DNA of 47,365 nucleotides from Pseudomonas sp. (GTDB taxonomy: Bacteria > Pseudomonadota > Gammaproteobacteria > Pseudomonadales > Pseudomonadaceae): assembly GCA_017886405.1 (NCBI GenBank), contig JAGGNC010000149.1:1-47365 (forward strand), in the 5' to 3' direction. Below, in pieces: positions 12,808 through 22,768 of the stretch. Position numbers and translations under genes: made by a program. Under the pieces are notes generated by a model that was not told the origin of the DNA, searched no databases, and saw only the letters and a list, made by a program, of their open reading frames with translations. Each line of letters opens with the position of its first letter. Position 1 is the first letter of the stretch.

Positions 12808-12957
12808 CCGAGTGCAAAGGTTTGACCTTTTGTCGGTAACTGTGATGCTGATGGCGATTGATAGCGTCTGGCCACAGCACCGATAGATAAGAGGCGCTTG
12901 GTCGGGCAGGCGTTTGCGCCTAATATCGCCGACCTAGTCATATTCTGTGAAGTTCGT

Positions 12958-13845
12958 ATGTCTGATTTTTCCCAGCGCTTCTTGTTCGATGACAGCGATA
13001 TTCGCGGTGAGCTGGTTGGCTTGACTGGCAGCTATGGTCATGTGTTGGCCAAACACACCTACCCGCAGCCCGTCGCCCAGCTACTGGGCGAACTGCTGGC
13101 GGCCGCCTCCCTGATGATCGGCACCCTAAAGTTCCAAGGCCTGCTGATTCTGCAAGCGCGCTCCTCCGGTGCCGTGCCGTTGCTGATGGTCGAATGCTCC
13201 AGCGAAGGCGAGCTGCGCGGTATCGCGCGGTATCACGGCGAACAGGTCGGCGCTGACTCCAGTTTGCGTGAACTGATGCCTGATGGCGTACTGGCCATTA
13301 CCGTCGACCCGAAAGCCGGGCAGCGCTATCAGGGGATCGTCGATTTGCAGGGTGAAACCCTGGCCGATTGCCTGACCAATTATTTCGCCACCTCTGAGCA
13401 GTTGCCGACGCGTTTCTGGCTCAGCGCCGATGGCCAGCGTGCCCGTGGCCTGTTGCTGCAGCAGCTGCCGGCCGACCGCCTGAGGGAAGTCGATGAGCGT
13501 GAAGCCAGTTGGCAGCACGCTGTGGCTCTGGCCGATACCTTAAAGGCGGAAGAGCTGCTGGGCCTGGATAACGAAACTCTGCTGCACCGTCTGTATCATC
13601 AGGAGGCGCTGCGCCTGTTCGACCCGCGCGCCCTGCAGTTCCGCTGCAGCTGCTCGCGTGAGCGCTCCAGTCGCGCATTGATCAGCCTCGGCCAGGCCGA
13701 TGCCGAGGCGCTGGTGCAGGAAAATGGCGGCCGCGTTGAAATCGATTGCCAGTTCTGTAACGAGCGCTACCTATTTGATGCCGCTGATGTGCTGCAGTTA
13801 TTTATTGATGGCAGCAGTGATGCGCCTTCGGATACGCAGCACTGA
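12958..13845 (+). CDS. hslO: Hsp33 redox-regulated chaperone
   Basis: [10 protein letters not shown] start, YQGIV, Zn motif CSC...CQFC. Confidence 0.95.
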   Translation: MSDFSQRFLFDDSDIRGELVGLTGSYGHVLAKHTYPQPVAQLLGELLAAASLMIGTLKFQGLLILQARSSGAVPLLMVECSSEGELRGIARYHGEQVGADSSLRELMPDGVLAITVDPKAGQRYQGIVDLQGETLADCLTNYFATSEQLPTRFWLSADGQRARGLLLQQLPADRLREVDEREASWQHAVALADTLKAEELLGLDNETLLHRLYHQEALRLFDPRALQFRCSCSRERSSRALISLGQADAEALVQENGGRVEIDCQFCNERYLFDAADVLQLFIDGSSDAPSDTQH

Positions 13846-13936
13846 GGCAAATGGCCGCAAACTGCGCCGCAGTGATCTGCTCAGGGGCTGCACCTACGGG
13901 CAACTTTTCTGGCATAATCCTGCACACTTTTTTCGC

Positions 13937-13962
13937 TGTAGTAGGGTTATTTTTCTACTACA
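13937..13962. promoter_or_regulatory. Palindromic operator upstream of pckA, RccR/HexR-like
   Basis: TGTAGTAG-N10-CTACTACA perfect 8-bp inverted repeat; resembles the TGTAG...CTACA sites of the Pseudomonas RpiR-family regulator RccR. Confidence 0.7.
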
Positions 13963-14004
13963 AAACGTTCGGAAGACTTGGCCGCTTGGCCGACGGGGAC
14001 CCAC

Positions 14005-15546
14005 ATGACGCAAGCTAATAACGCCGTGTACACCGACATCAGCGCTGCGCAACTGGTCGAAGAAGCCATTCGTCGCGGTGAGGGCGAACTGGCCGCCAAC
14101 GGCTCGTTGGTCGTCCGCACAGGCCATCGCACGGGTCGTTCGCCGGCGGATCGCTATATCGTGCAAGAGCCGAGCACCGAGGCCAAGATTGCCTGGGGCG
14201 CGATCAATCGGCCGTTCCCAGCTGACAAGTTTGATGCCCTGTGGGACCGTGTCGAAGCATTCAACCGTGATCAAGACTTCTTCGTCTCCCACGTACATGT
14301 AGGGTCTGCCGATGATCACTACCTGCCGGTAAAAATGACCACTGCCACCGCTTGGCAGAATCTGTTCGGTCGTCAGCTGTTCATCAATCCTGAACGTTAC
14401 AATCCGGCAGCAAAGGACGAATGGAAGGTGCTCAACGTCGCCAATTTTGAATGTGTGCCCGAGCGTGATGGCACCAACTCCGACGGCTGCGTGATCATCA
14501 ACTTTGCCGCCAAGAAAGTCCTGCTCGCAGGCATGCGCTACGCCGGCGAAATGAAGAAGGCGATGTTCTCGGTGCAGAACTTCCTGCTACCGGAAAAAGA
14601 CGTGTTGCCGATGCATTGTGCCGCCAATATCGGCGAAGAAGGCGACGTAACCCTGTTCTTTGGCCTTTCCGGTACCGGTAAGACCACCCTGTCGGCCGAC
14701 CCTAGCCGTTATCTGATCGGCGACGATGAGCATGGTTGGGGCGTTGGCGTGGTGTTTAACATCGAAGGCGGCTGCTACGCCAAGTGCATCGACCTCTCCG
14801 AGAAGAACGAACCGGTAATCTGGAAAGCCATTCAGTTCGGTGCTGTACTGGAGAATGTGATCCTCGACGAGCACCGCGTTCCGGACTACAGCGATGACAG
14901 CCTGACCCAGAACAGCCGCGCCGCCTACCCGCTGGAGCTGGTTGAGAAACGCAGTGAGAAGAACCTCGGCGGCGAGCCGAACGCAGTGATCTTCCTCACC
15001 TGCGACCTGACGGGCGTTCTGCCGCCGGTCTCGATCCTCAGCGAAGAACAAGCGGCTTACCACTTCCTCTCTGGTTACACCGCGCTGGTGGGCTCCACCG
15101 AAATGGGTTCGGGTGGCGGCATCAAGTCGACCTTCTCCACCTGCTTCGGTGCACCGTTCTTCCCGCGTCCGGCTGGCGAATACGCTGAGCTGCTGATCAA
15201 GCGTATCCGTGGCTTCGGCTCCAAGGTTTACCTGGTTAACACCGGCTGGAGCGGTGGTGGTTACGGTGTTGGTAAGCGCTTCAATATCCCGACCACCCGC
15301 GGCGTGATCGCAGCGATCCAGAGCGGTGCGCTGATCGGAACTGAAACCGAGCAACTGCCGATCATCAACCTCCGCGTACCGAAGTCAGTGCCGGGCGTTG
15401 AAACCATCCTGCTCAACCCACGCAACACCTGGGCTGACCAGAGCGCCTACGACGATGCTGCCAAAGGGTTGGCCAAGTTGTTTGTCGACAACTTCCAGAA
15501 GTTCGATGTCAGTGATGCCATCAAGAACGCCGGCCCGCAGCTCTAA
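14005..15546 (+). CDS. pckA: Phosphoenolpyruvate carboxykinase (ATP)
   Basis: [39 protein letters not shown]; ATG at 14005. Confidence 0.97.
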   Translation: MTQANNAVYTDISAAQLVEEAIRRGEGELAANGSLVVRTGHRTGRSPADRYIVQEPSTEAKIAWGAINRPFPADKFDALWDRVEAFNRDQDFFVSHVHVGSADDHYLPVKMTTATAWQNLFGRQLFINPERYNPAAKDEWKVLNVANFECVPERDGTNSDGCVIINFAAKKVLLAGMRYAGEMKKAMFSVQNFLLPEKDVLPMHCAANIGEEGDVTLFFGLSGTGKTTLSADPSRYLIGDDEHGWGVGVVFNIEGGCYAKCIDLSEKNEPVIWKAIQFGAVLENVILDEHRVPDYSDDSLTQNSRAAYPLELVEKRSEKNLGGEPNAVIFLTCDLTGVLPPVSILSEEQAAYHFLSGYTALVGSTEMGSGGGIKSTFSTCFGAPFFPRPAGEYAELLIKRIRGFGSKVYLVNTGWSGGGYGVGKRFNIPTTRGVIAAIQSGALIGTETEQLPIINLRVPKSVPGVETILLNPRNTWADQSAYDDAAKGLAKLFVDNFQKFDVSDAIKNAGPQL

Positions 15547-15563
15547 GCAGCGCCGCGTTACCT

Positions 15564-15593
15564 GCTAAAAACTGCTTTCGGGCGGTTTTTAGC
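15564..15593 (+). terminator. Intrinsic terminator after pckA
   Basis: GCTAAAAACTGC-TTTCGG-GCGGTTTTTAGC hairpin with T-run. Confidence 0.7.
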
Positions 15594-15595
15594 GT

Positions 15596-15655
15596 GTGGG
15601 AGGCACTCTAGCGGTGAGCTTCTGAGGGGCCGTCGCGGCTAACGCCCGTCCCACA
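15596..15655. repeat. Degenerate REP doublet (GTGGGAG...CTCCCAC type)
   Basis: GTGGGAGGCACTCTAGCGG...GTCGCGGCTAACGCCCGTCCCAC; the second arm resembles 28164-28185. Confidence 0.55.
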
Positions 15656-15682
15656 GGGCGTTGTCGGGGTGGCAAGAAACGG

Positions 15683-15706
15683 AAAAGCCGCCTGAAGGCG
15701 GCTTTT
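15683..15706. terminator. Bidirectional-type intrinsic terminator
   Basis: AAAAGCCGCC-TGAA-GGCGGCTTTT perfect hairpin. Confidence 0.75.
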
Positions 15707-16269
15707 GTGCGCATCTGCTAGCAGATCAAGCACGTAGTGCGGTTGTTGCGGTGCAGCGCTACTCAGGTGGCCGCTCTGCACGGCCTCAGATGATGCTATG
15801 TGGCGACTCGGCCACAGGTCTAACGGGTTGGCAACTCAGGCGATTTCCAGAGCCTTTGTCTGCGACTGTCGACTTCAGCAAGACTGGCTACTGCCAGGGA
15901 GGTGTCGATATGTCACGGCTGGCCGCTGGCGCTTTCGAGGTGTATGGCGACGTTAGGCCTATGGTGTTCAGCTTACGGCGAACATGAGGTGTCCCAGCAA
16001 ATTGCACATCGGCCTAGTGTCCGCATCAGCCACTCCGGCGTGACCGGAGTATTTGCTGCGCAGCCATCTGGCCATGGTGGTGAGCGATCTAGGTGGTAAC
16101 CGGCAAGCGGCCGCTGAAACCAGATACCTGCATACTCGTCTCCTTTCTTTGCCTTTATGGATTGACTGTACGCCACTGCAGCCAGCGCTGTTAGTTGGAT
16201 TGGCAATAGCTGGGCAGTTTGTAGGTCTTATTGATTGTTTACCGCCGCAGCGTCGATGGAGTAACCGCT

Positions 16270-18213
16270 ATGAGTACCCTTGAACGCGTGTTTGGCTTTC
16301 AGCAACTGCGCCCCGGTCAGGAGCGGGTGGTCAGCGCCGTGCTGGCCGGCCGTTCGGCGGCGGCGATTTTCCCCACCGGTTCGGGTAAGTCGCTGTGCTA
16401 CCAATTGCCGGCTTTGCACCTGCCGCACTTGACCCTGGTGGTGTCGCCACTGTTAGCGTTGATGCAGGACCAGTTGGCGTTTCTGCACGGCCGTGGCATC
16501 AGCGCGGCCAGCATCGATTCGGCGCAAAGCCGCGAGGATGCCAGTGCGGTGATGGCCCGCGCCAGATCGGGTGAGCTGAAGATTCTGATGATCTCGGTCG
16601 AGCGCTTAAAGAACGAGCGTTTCCGCAACTTCATAAGCCAAGTACCGATCTCGTTGCTGGTGATCGACGAGGCGCACTGCATCTCTGAGTGGGGCCACAA
16701 CTTCCGCCCGGATTACCTCAAGCTGCCGGACTACCAGCGCCAGTTCAACATTGCCCAGGTGCTGCTGCTGACGGCCACGGCCACGCCGCCGGTGATTGCC
16801 GATATGCAGAAGAAGTTCGCCATCGCGGCCGATGATGTGGTCACCACCGGCTTCTACCGACCCAACCTCAACCTGCTGGTCGAGCCTGTCGGCGGTGCCG
16901 TCAAGCAGCGCCGCCTGGAGCAGTGGCTGGGGTCCAAGGTCGGGCAGCCGAGCATCGTCTACGTGACTCAGCAGAAAACTGCCGAGCAGGTGGCCGTGCG
17001 TCTGAGCCAGCGTGACATCGCCGCCAGTGCTTACCACGCCGGCATGGCTCATGAGGCGCGCGAAGCGATTCAGCGCCGGTTTATGGCTGGGCAAATCAAC
17101 TGCATCGTCGCCACCATCGCTTTTGGCATGGGCATCGACAAGAGCGATATCCGTAACGTGGTGCACTTCGACCTGCCAAAATCCATCGAGAACTACAGCC
17201 AGGAAATCGGCCGTGCCGGCCGTGACGGTCAGCCCTCGGATTGCCTGGTGCTGGCCAACCGCGACAGCCTCAACGTGCTGGAAAACTTCGTGTATGGCGA
17301 TACCCCGGAGCAGGACGGCATCCGCTGCGTGCTCGATGAGCTGCTGAGTAGCACTGCGCCTGGAAACAATGGCAACGGCGAGTGGGAGCTGATGCTCAAT
17401 GCCCTTAGCGAGCAAAGCAATATCCGTCAGCTACCGCTGAAAACGTTGTTGGTACAACTGGAGTTACGCGGCATTATCGCCCCGCGCTACGCCTATTTCG
17501 CCGAATATCGCTTCAAGTATCTGCTGGAGCCCGAGGCGCTATTGGCCAAGTTCGAGGGCGAGCGGCGGCAGTTTGTCGAGGCGCTGATCAGCACGTCACC
17601 GCGCGCCCGCACCTGGTGCACGGTAGATTTCGACCAGCTCTACCAACAGCATCAGGCCGAGCGCAGTCGGGTGATCAAGGCACTGGATTACTTCCAGGAA
17701 AAAGGCTGGGTTGAGCTGGAAAGCAAGCAGATGACCGAGGTCTATACGCTGCTCGACCCCGATTTCGATCCGGCCGCGCTGAGCGCCGAATTGCATGGCT
17801 ATTTCAGTCAGCAGGAGGCCAGTGAAATTCGGCGGATACACGCCATGCTCGCGCTATTTGCCAGCGAGCAATGCTTGAGCCAACGATTGGCCGCCTATTT
17901 CGGTGACGGCAACGCGCCGCAGCAGTGCGGGCATTGTTCGGTGTGCCGCGGGCACATCGCCCATCTGCCAGCGCCGCCGACCTTGCCGCCGTTGGCGGAG
18001 CAGGACCTACACAGCCTGTGCGGCGGTTTTGTGCAGAAATACCAAGCGCTGAAAGGTAGCCAGCCAAGCGCCGAATGCCTGACGCGCTTTCTCTGCGGTA
18101 TCAGCGTGCCGCTGTTTACCAAGCTTAAAGCACGCCAGCTTGGCGGTTTCGCCGCGCTGGAAGACTACCCCTATGCTCAGGTGCGCGCGTGGCTGATAGC
18201 CCAGAAGGGCTAG
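16270..18213 (+). CDS. RecQ-family ATP-dependent DNA helicase (no evident HRDC domain)
   Basis: PTGSGKSLCYQLP, DEAHCISEWGHNFRPDY, TATA, ATIAFGMGIDK, QEIGRAGRDG, Zn-binding C...CGHCSVC; ATG at 16270 after GGAG. Confidence 0.92.
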   Translation: MSTLERVFGFQQLRPGQERVVSAVLAGRSAAAIFPTGSGKSLCYQLPALHLPHLTLVVSPLLALMQDQLAFLHGRGISAASIDSAQSREDASAVMARARSGELKILMISVERLKNERFRNFISQVPISLLVIDEAHCISEWGHNFRPDYLKLPDYQRQFNIAQVLLLTATATPPVIADMQKKFAIAADDVVTTGFYRPNLNLLVEPVGGAVKQRRLEQWLGSKVGQPSIVYVTQQKTAEQVAVRLSQRDIAASAYHAGMAHEAREAIQRRFMAGQINCIVATIAFGMGIDKSDIRNVVHFDLPKSIENYSQEIGRAGRDGQPSDCLVLANRDSLNVLENFVYGDTPEQDGIRCVLDELLSSTAPGNNGNGEWELMLNALSEQSNIRQLPLKTLLVQLELRGIIAPRYAYFAEYRFKYLLEPEALLAKFEGERRQFVEALISTSPRARTWCTVDFDQLYQQHQAERSRVIKALDYFQEKGWVELESKQMTEVYTLLDPDFDPAALSAELHGYFSQQEASEIRRIHAMLALFASEQCLSQRLAAYFGDGNAPQQCGHCSVCRGHIAHLPAPPTLPPLAEQDLHSLCGGFVQKYQALKGSQPSAECLTRFLCGISVPLFTKLKARQLGGFAALEDYPYAQVRAWLIAQKG

Positions 18214-18216
18214 CGG

Positions 18217-18654
18217 CTATTCGCCGATATCCTCATTCCATAGCGTCGGCTGGGCAGCAATAAAGCCCTGCATCAGGTGCAGGCATTCATTATTGTGCAG
18301 CACGTCGAGCGTCACACCGCGTTCACGCAGCAGCGCTTCTTCGCCCAGAAAGGTCTGGTTTTCGCCGATGATGACCTTGGGGATGCCATACAACAGGATC
18401 GCCCCGCTGCACATCGCGCAAGGCGATAGGGTGGTGTAAAGCACCGACTCGCGATAGGTCTGGGCGGTTTGCCGGCCGGCATTTTCCAGGGCATCCATTT
18501 CACCGTGGCGAATGGCACTGCCCTGCTGCACACGGCGGTTGTGCCCGCGGCCAATAATTTGGCCGTCATGCACCAGCACAGAACCAATGGGAATACCGCC
18601 TTCGGCCAGGCCCTGGCGAGCTTCGTCGATGGCTGCCTGCATAAACATATCCAT
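18217..18654 (-). CDS. Zn-dependent cytosine/nucleoside deaminase (yeast Fcy1-like)
   Basis: HGE...LSPCAMC motif; C-terminal WNEDIGE. Confidence 0.88.
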   Translation of the reverse strand: MDMFMQAAIDEARQGLAEGGIPIGSVLVHDGQIIGRGHNRRVQQGSAIRHGEMDALENAGRQTAQTYRESVLYTTLSPCAMCSGAILLYGIPKVIIGENQTFLGEEALLRERGVTLDVLHNNECLHLMQGFIAAQPTLWNEDIGE

Positions 18655-18692
18655 GGTTACCGTACCTCGAGGATTGAGTAAGGGAATATAGC

Positions 18693-19304
18693 TCAGGGTT
18701 GCCGTGCGGCTTGACCCTGGATCAGGGTCCAGTCGACTAGCTCGCGTGCCAATTGATCGCTGGCTTGACCAATGGCGTCAACCACGGTGGCTACCGACGT
18801 GCCGTTTGCGGCCTGGCTAACGTCGAAACGGCGGCTGGCGAGGATGCGCAAGCTGCCGCTTTCTACCAGGCGTGCCTCAAGCAGGATATGTGCAACTGGC
18901 CGACCGTCACGGTATTCGCTGTAAAAGGCGCGCAGGTCACCGTCCAGCTCCAGGTCGGCTTGCAGGCGACTTTCATCGCTGCTCACGGCCTTGAGGCGGC
19001 CGTCGTCGAGGAAGGCGTCGATCAGCCGGTCGCGCAGCAGCAGCGGTGCTCGGTCACTCCAGCGTACGCCCTGATAGACACTGATCTGATCGCCGGGCGG
19101 CAGTACCGCAATCCGCGTGCTGTCGAGCAATTGGTTGCTGTAGGGCGTGTTCACCCGCAGGGTCCAATCGGTGCTGACAGGCTGCGCAGGCAAGTGCGTG
19201 GCCGGCAGGCGGTACGCGCGCAATACCTGGCTTTCTGGCAATATTGAGCAGGCACTCAGGCCACTAATCAGTGCCAATAGAGCAAGCAAGCGAACGCGGC
19301 TCAT
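18693..19304 (-). CDS. PqiC-like ABC transport auxiliary lipoprotein
   Basis: Lipobox LSAC; last gene of the MCE operon. Confidence 0.85.
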   Translation of the reverse strand: MSRVRLLALLALISGLSACSILPESQVLRAYRLPATHLPAQPVSTDWTLRVNTPYSNQLLDSTRIAVLPPGDQISVYQGVRWSDRAPLLLRDRLIDAFLDDGRLKAVSSDESRLQADLELDGDLRAFYSEYRDGRPVAHILLEARLVESGSLRILASRRFDVSQAANGTSVATVVDAIGQASDQLARELVDWTLIQGQAARQP

Positions 19305-20218
19305 GGTTGAAACTCCTTGATGGTGTCGCTGCGCAACAGGTAGCCGGCCGGGTCTTCTTCCAGGCGGCGGGCAAAGGTATGCAGGGTGCTGAGCGTTTCG
19401 CGCAGCTCGATGATGGTGGGGCCCAGTTCACCCATACCGTGCATGCCGCCGTCGAGCGAGCTGCGGTTGTCTATCAGCAGCTGTTCGACGGTGTTGCTGC
19501 TGCGCTCAAGCGAGGCCATCAGGCGGCTGGCACTGTTCAGCGCATCACGGCCCTGGCCGCTGAGCAGCTGGTTAGCGTTGCGCATCAGCTCTGCAGCTTC
19601 CTGACTGGCTTTAGTCATCTGCTGCAGTGCCTGGCGCAGTTCGTCGCGCTGGTCGGCGATACTGGCGCTGGTTTGTTCGATGTTGTCCAGGGTGCGCGAG
19701 ATGCGTCCGACATTCTCGCTGGAGAACAGTTGGTTGGCGCGTTTGAGCAGGCGCGTGACACTAAGCAGCAGGTCTTCGCCATTGGTCATCAAGCGCGCCA
19801 GCGGCGAGCGGTCGGCGATGATTTGCGCGCGTTGCTTACCCTGGCTTATGAGTAATGGGCTTTCCGGGGTGCCACCGTGCAGCTGGATCAGTGCTGCACC
19901 GGTAATCCCGGTAATCGACAGGCGTGCGCGGGTGTCTTGCTTGATCGGCGTATTGGTGTCGACCCGGATATGCGCACGGACCTTGCGTGGGTCCTCTGGG
20001 TCGAGACTCAGGTCGATGACATCGCCGACCTTGATTCCGCTGTATTGCACCACGCTGCCTTTAGACAGGCCGCTGACGGCCTCGTTGAAGATCACGTCAT
20101 AGTCACGCAGCTGCTGATCCGAGCTGGCGTTGCTCAGCCATAGGGCAAAGCCCAGCGCGGCGGCAACCATCAGCACAGTAAACAGGCCAATCAACACGTG
20201 GTGAGCGCGCGGTTCCAT
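19301..20218 (-). CDS. MCE/MlaD-domain protein with long helical C-terminus
   Basis: N-terminal TM; VSGLSKGSVVQYSGIKVGDV MCE signature. Confidence 0.9.
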   Translation of the reverse strand: MEPRAHHVLIGLFTVLMVAAALGFALWLSNASSDQQLRDYDVIFNEAVSGLSKGSVVQYSGIKVGDVIDLSLDPEDPRKVRAHIRVDTNTPIKQDTRARLSITGITGAALIQLHGGTPESPLLISQGKQRAQIIADRSPLARLMTNGEDLLLSVTRLLKRANQLFSSENVGRISRTLDNIEQTSASIADQRDELRQALQQMTKASQEAAELMRNANQLLSGQGRDALNSASRLMASLERSSNTVEQLLIDNRSSLDGGMHGMGELGPTIIELRETLSTLHTFARRLEEDPAGYLLRSDTIKEFQP

Positions 20219-21007
20219 TCAGTTTCTCCTTGGCGCACGGGTGGCGGCCTGTTCGGCTGCGCGTCCGCGCGGGCCATGAAAGTATTCGTGAATCCAAGGG
20301 TTGTCGGTGGCGGCCACCACGTCCAAGCGGCCGGCCACCAGCACGCGGTTTTCTGCCAGCACCGCGACCCGGTCACAGATGGTGTAAAGCGTGTCCAGGT
20401 CATGGGTGACCAGAAATACGCTGAGACCCAATGCATCGCGCAGGGTCAGAATTAGTTGGTCGAAGGCCGCCGCGCCAATCGGATCAAGCCCGGCGGTGGG
20501 TTCATCAAGAAACAGAATATCCGGTTCCAGGGCCAGGGCTCGGGCCAAGGCGGCGCGCTTGATCATGCCACCTGACAGCTCGGTGGGGTATTTATCGCCA
20601 GCGTCACGCGGTAACCCGACCAACGCTAGTTTGACTTGCGCCAGGCGTTCGGCCGCCGGGCGCTTGAGACCGGCATGCTCGAGCAGCGGCAGGGCGATGT
20701 TTTCAGTCACCGTCAGCGAGGAAAACAGCGCGCCACGTTGATACAGCACGCCGAAACGCCGCTCCAGTTGTGAGCGCCGCTCGGGCGGCAGGCTTAGCAG
20801 TTCTTCACCGAACACCCGTACGGTGCCGGAGTCGGCGCGGCGCAGGCCGAGAATGCTGCGCAGTAAGACCGACTTGCCGCTACCTGAGCCGCCGACTACA
20901 CCCAGTACTTCGCCCCGGTACAGGTCCAGAGCCAAATCTTGATGCACGGTCTGCGCGCCGAAGCGATTGACCAGCTCACGCACCTCAATGATGGCTTCGT
21001 TCGTCAC
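20219..21007 (-). CDS. MlaF-like ABC ATPase
   Basis: GGSGSGKS, LSGGM, LFLDEPTAGLDP, VTHD; GTGA overlap with the permease gene. Confidence 0.93.
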   Translation of the reverse strand: MTNEAIIEVRELVNRFGAQTVHQDLALDLYRGEVLGVVGGSGSGKSVLLRSILGLRRADSGTVRVFGEELLSLPPERRSQLERRFGVLYQRGALFSSLTVTENIALPLLEHAGLKRPAAERLAQVKLALVGLPRDAGDKYPTELSGGMIKRAALARALALEPDILFLDEPTAGLDPIGAAAFDQLILTLRDALGLSVFLVTHDLDTLYTICDRVAVLAENRVLVAGRLDVVAATDNPWIHEYFHGPRGRAAEQAATRAPRRN

Positions 21008-22149
21008 CAGCCCATCTCCATAAAAAACAGCGCGGCGAGGGCGTCGAGCACGATCACCACGAAAATCGACTGAACCACGCTGGAGGTGGTGCGCTCACCG
21101 ACCGATTGCGCGCTGCCGGTGACTTTGAAGCCTTCCAGGCAGCCGATCACGGCGATCAGGAAGGCAAATACCGGCGCTTTGGCTATACCGACCAGGAAAT
21201 GTTTGAGGGCGATATTTTCCTGCAACATGGTCAAGTACATGGCCGGGGGGATATCCAAGCTCAGGGCGCAGACCACCGCGCCGCCGAGGATGCCGCTGAG
21301 CATGGCGATAAAGGTCAGAATCGGCAACGCGATCAGCAGGGCAAATACCCGTGGCAACACCAGCAGCTCCAGCGGGTCGAGGCCTAGGGTGCGGATGGCG
21401 TCGATTTCCTCGTTGGCCTTCATCGAGCCAATCTGCGCGGTAAACGCACTGGCGGTGCGGCCGGCCATAAGGATAGCGGTGAGCAGCACGCCAAATTCAC
21501 GCAGAAAAGAGAACGCCACCAGATCGACCGTGTAAATGCTCGCACCAAAGTCGGCGAGTACCGTGGCGCCGAGAAAGGCCACCACGGCGCCGACCAGAAA
21601 GGTCAGCAGGGCGACGATGGGCACGGCATTCAGGCCACTCTGTTGCAGGTGGGCAACCAGCGAGGTGATACGCCAGCGCTTCGGCCGCAGGCTGATGGCG
21701 GCCATCGCCGCCAGGGTCATGCCGATAAAGCCGAGGAGCGCCACGCCCTGCTGCCAGAGTTCTTCCATGGCCTGGCCGATTTGCCCGAAGAAGTCGCGCC
21801 AGGCGGGTATGGGTTTGCGCGGTACGGCATCACCGGCGTCGGCGATGGCACTGCCGACCGCCTGCAACAGCAACCGACGCTCGCGGGCCAGTCCCGGCGC
21901 ATCCTCGGCCAATTCTGCCAAACGCTGGCTGCCGAGTAACCCCACCAGCAATGCGGCGCCAGCGGTGTCCAGCGCGCCGAGGTCTTGCAGGTCTACGCTG
22001 GCGTTGCTGTCCAGTGTGTCGCGCCGCTTCAGCACCTCGCTTTCGAGGCGGGCGTAATGCGCCAGCGTCCAGTCACCGCCGATGCGCAAACCAGCGGGCG
22101 TATCCGCAGTACTGGACTCAAGCGGGGTGATAAAGGGCGCTGTACTCAT
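21004..22149 (-). CDS. STAS-MlaE fusion ABC permease
   Basis: N-terminal STAS (LDTAGA) plus MlaE (REFGVLLTAILMAGRTASAFTAQIGSMKANEEIDA). Confidence 0.92.
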   Translation of the reverse strand: MSTAPFITPLESSTADTPAGLRIGGDWTLAHYARLESEVLKRRDTLDSNASVDLQDLGALDTAGAALLVGLLGSQRLAELAEDAPGLARERRLLLQAVGSAIADAGDAVPRKPIPAWRDFFGQIGQAMEELWQQGVALLGFIGMTLAAMAAISLRPKRWRITSLVAHLQQSGLNAVPIVALLTFLVGAVVAFLGATVLADFGASIYTVDLVAFSFLREFGVLLTAILMAGRTASAFTAQIGSMKANEEIDAIRTLGLDPLELLVLPRVFALLIALPILTFIAMLSGILGGAVVCALSLDIPPAMYLTMLQENIALKHFLVGIAKAPVFAFLIAVIGCLEGFKVTGSAQSVGERTTSSVVQSIFVVIVLDALAALFFMEMGW

Positions 22150-22395
22150 GCCGCACAGCTTAGCCCTCTAGCCAGCGTTGCGCCCAGGTTGGCTGAGTCT
22201 TATTGAGGGTTCACTGGCGGCGATCAGGTTGCGCCGGGTTGCCGCAGTAGCTGCGTTACAGCGACCCGCCAGCCCTTGGTCGTGGGCAGTCGTGGTGCTG
22301 CGTTTACAGATAGCTCAAGGTCGACTTCAGGACAGCCCCTGTGCTGCGTGAGTCCTAGGCTGGGCGAGTTGTTCTACTCATCCAAGGAGCCGGCC

Positions 22396-22737
22396 ATGAA
22401 GCCGATTACCGTTTTGCGCGACACCCTGCCGATCCCGCTACTGGACGCCTGTAAATGGACCCGGATTGCCGGCGAGCCGCACACCGTCAACCTGAATGCC
22501 TACACCTCGGAAGATGGCAGCAAGATCATGGGTACCTGGATCTGTACGCCTGGCACCTGGCAGGTGGCGTATGAAAAGTGGGAGTACTGCCACTTTCAGG
22601 AGGGCTACTGCATCATCACCCCTGAGGGGCAGGAGCCGATCCATCTACGCGCCGGCGATATCTTTATCGTCGAGCCTGGGATGAAGGGCACATGGCAGGT
22701 GGTGGAGACGGTGCGCAAGTACTTCGTGTTTGCCTGA
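22396..22737 (+). CDS. Cupin domain protein (EutQ/DUF861-like)
   Basis: GTWICTPG...EYCHFQEG...AGDIFIVEPGMKGTW; AAGGAG SD before ATG 22396. Confidence 0.88.
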   Translation: MKPITVLRDTLPIPLLDACKWTRIAGEPHTVNLNAYTSEDGSKIMGTWICTPGTWQVAYEKWEYCHFQEGYCIITPEGQEPIHLRAGDIFIVEPGMKGTWQVVETVRKYFVFA

Positions 22738-22768
22738 ATGAGCCCTTTGCTGCGCGCCAGTGGCTGTT

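Noticed and set aside
16270-18654. RecQ helicase plus deaminase as a possible anti-phage or mutator system
   Set aside because: The genes are convergent, not operonic. Both resemble ordinary housekeeping families with host-like composition, and there is no defence-island context.
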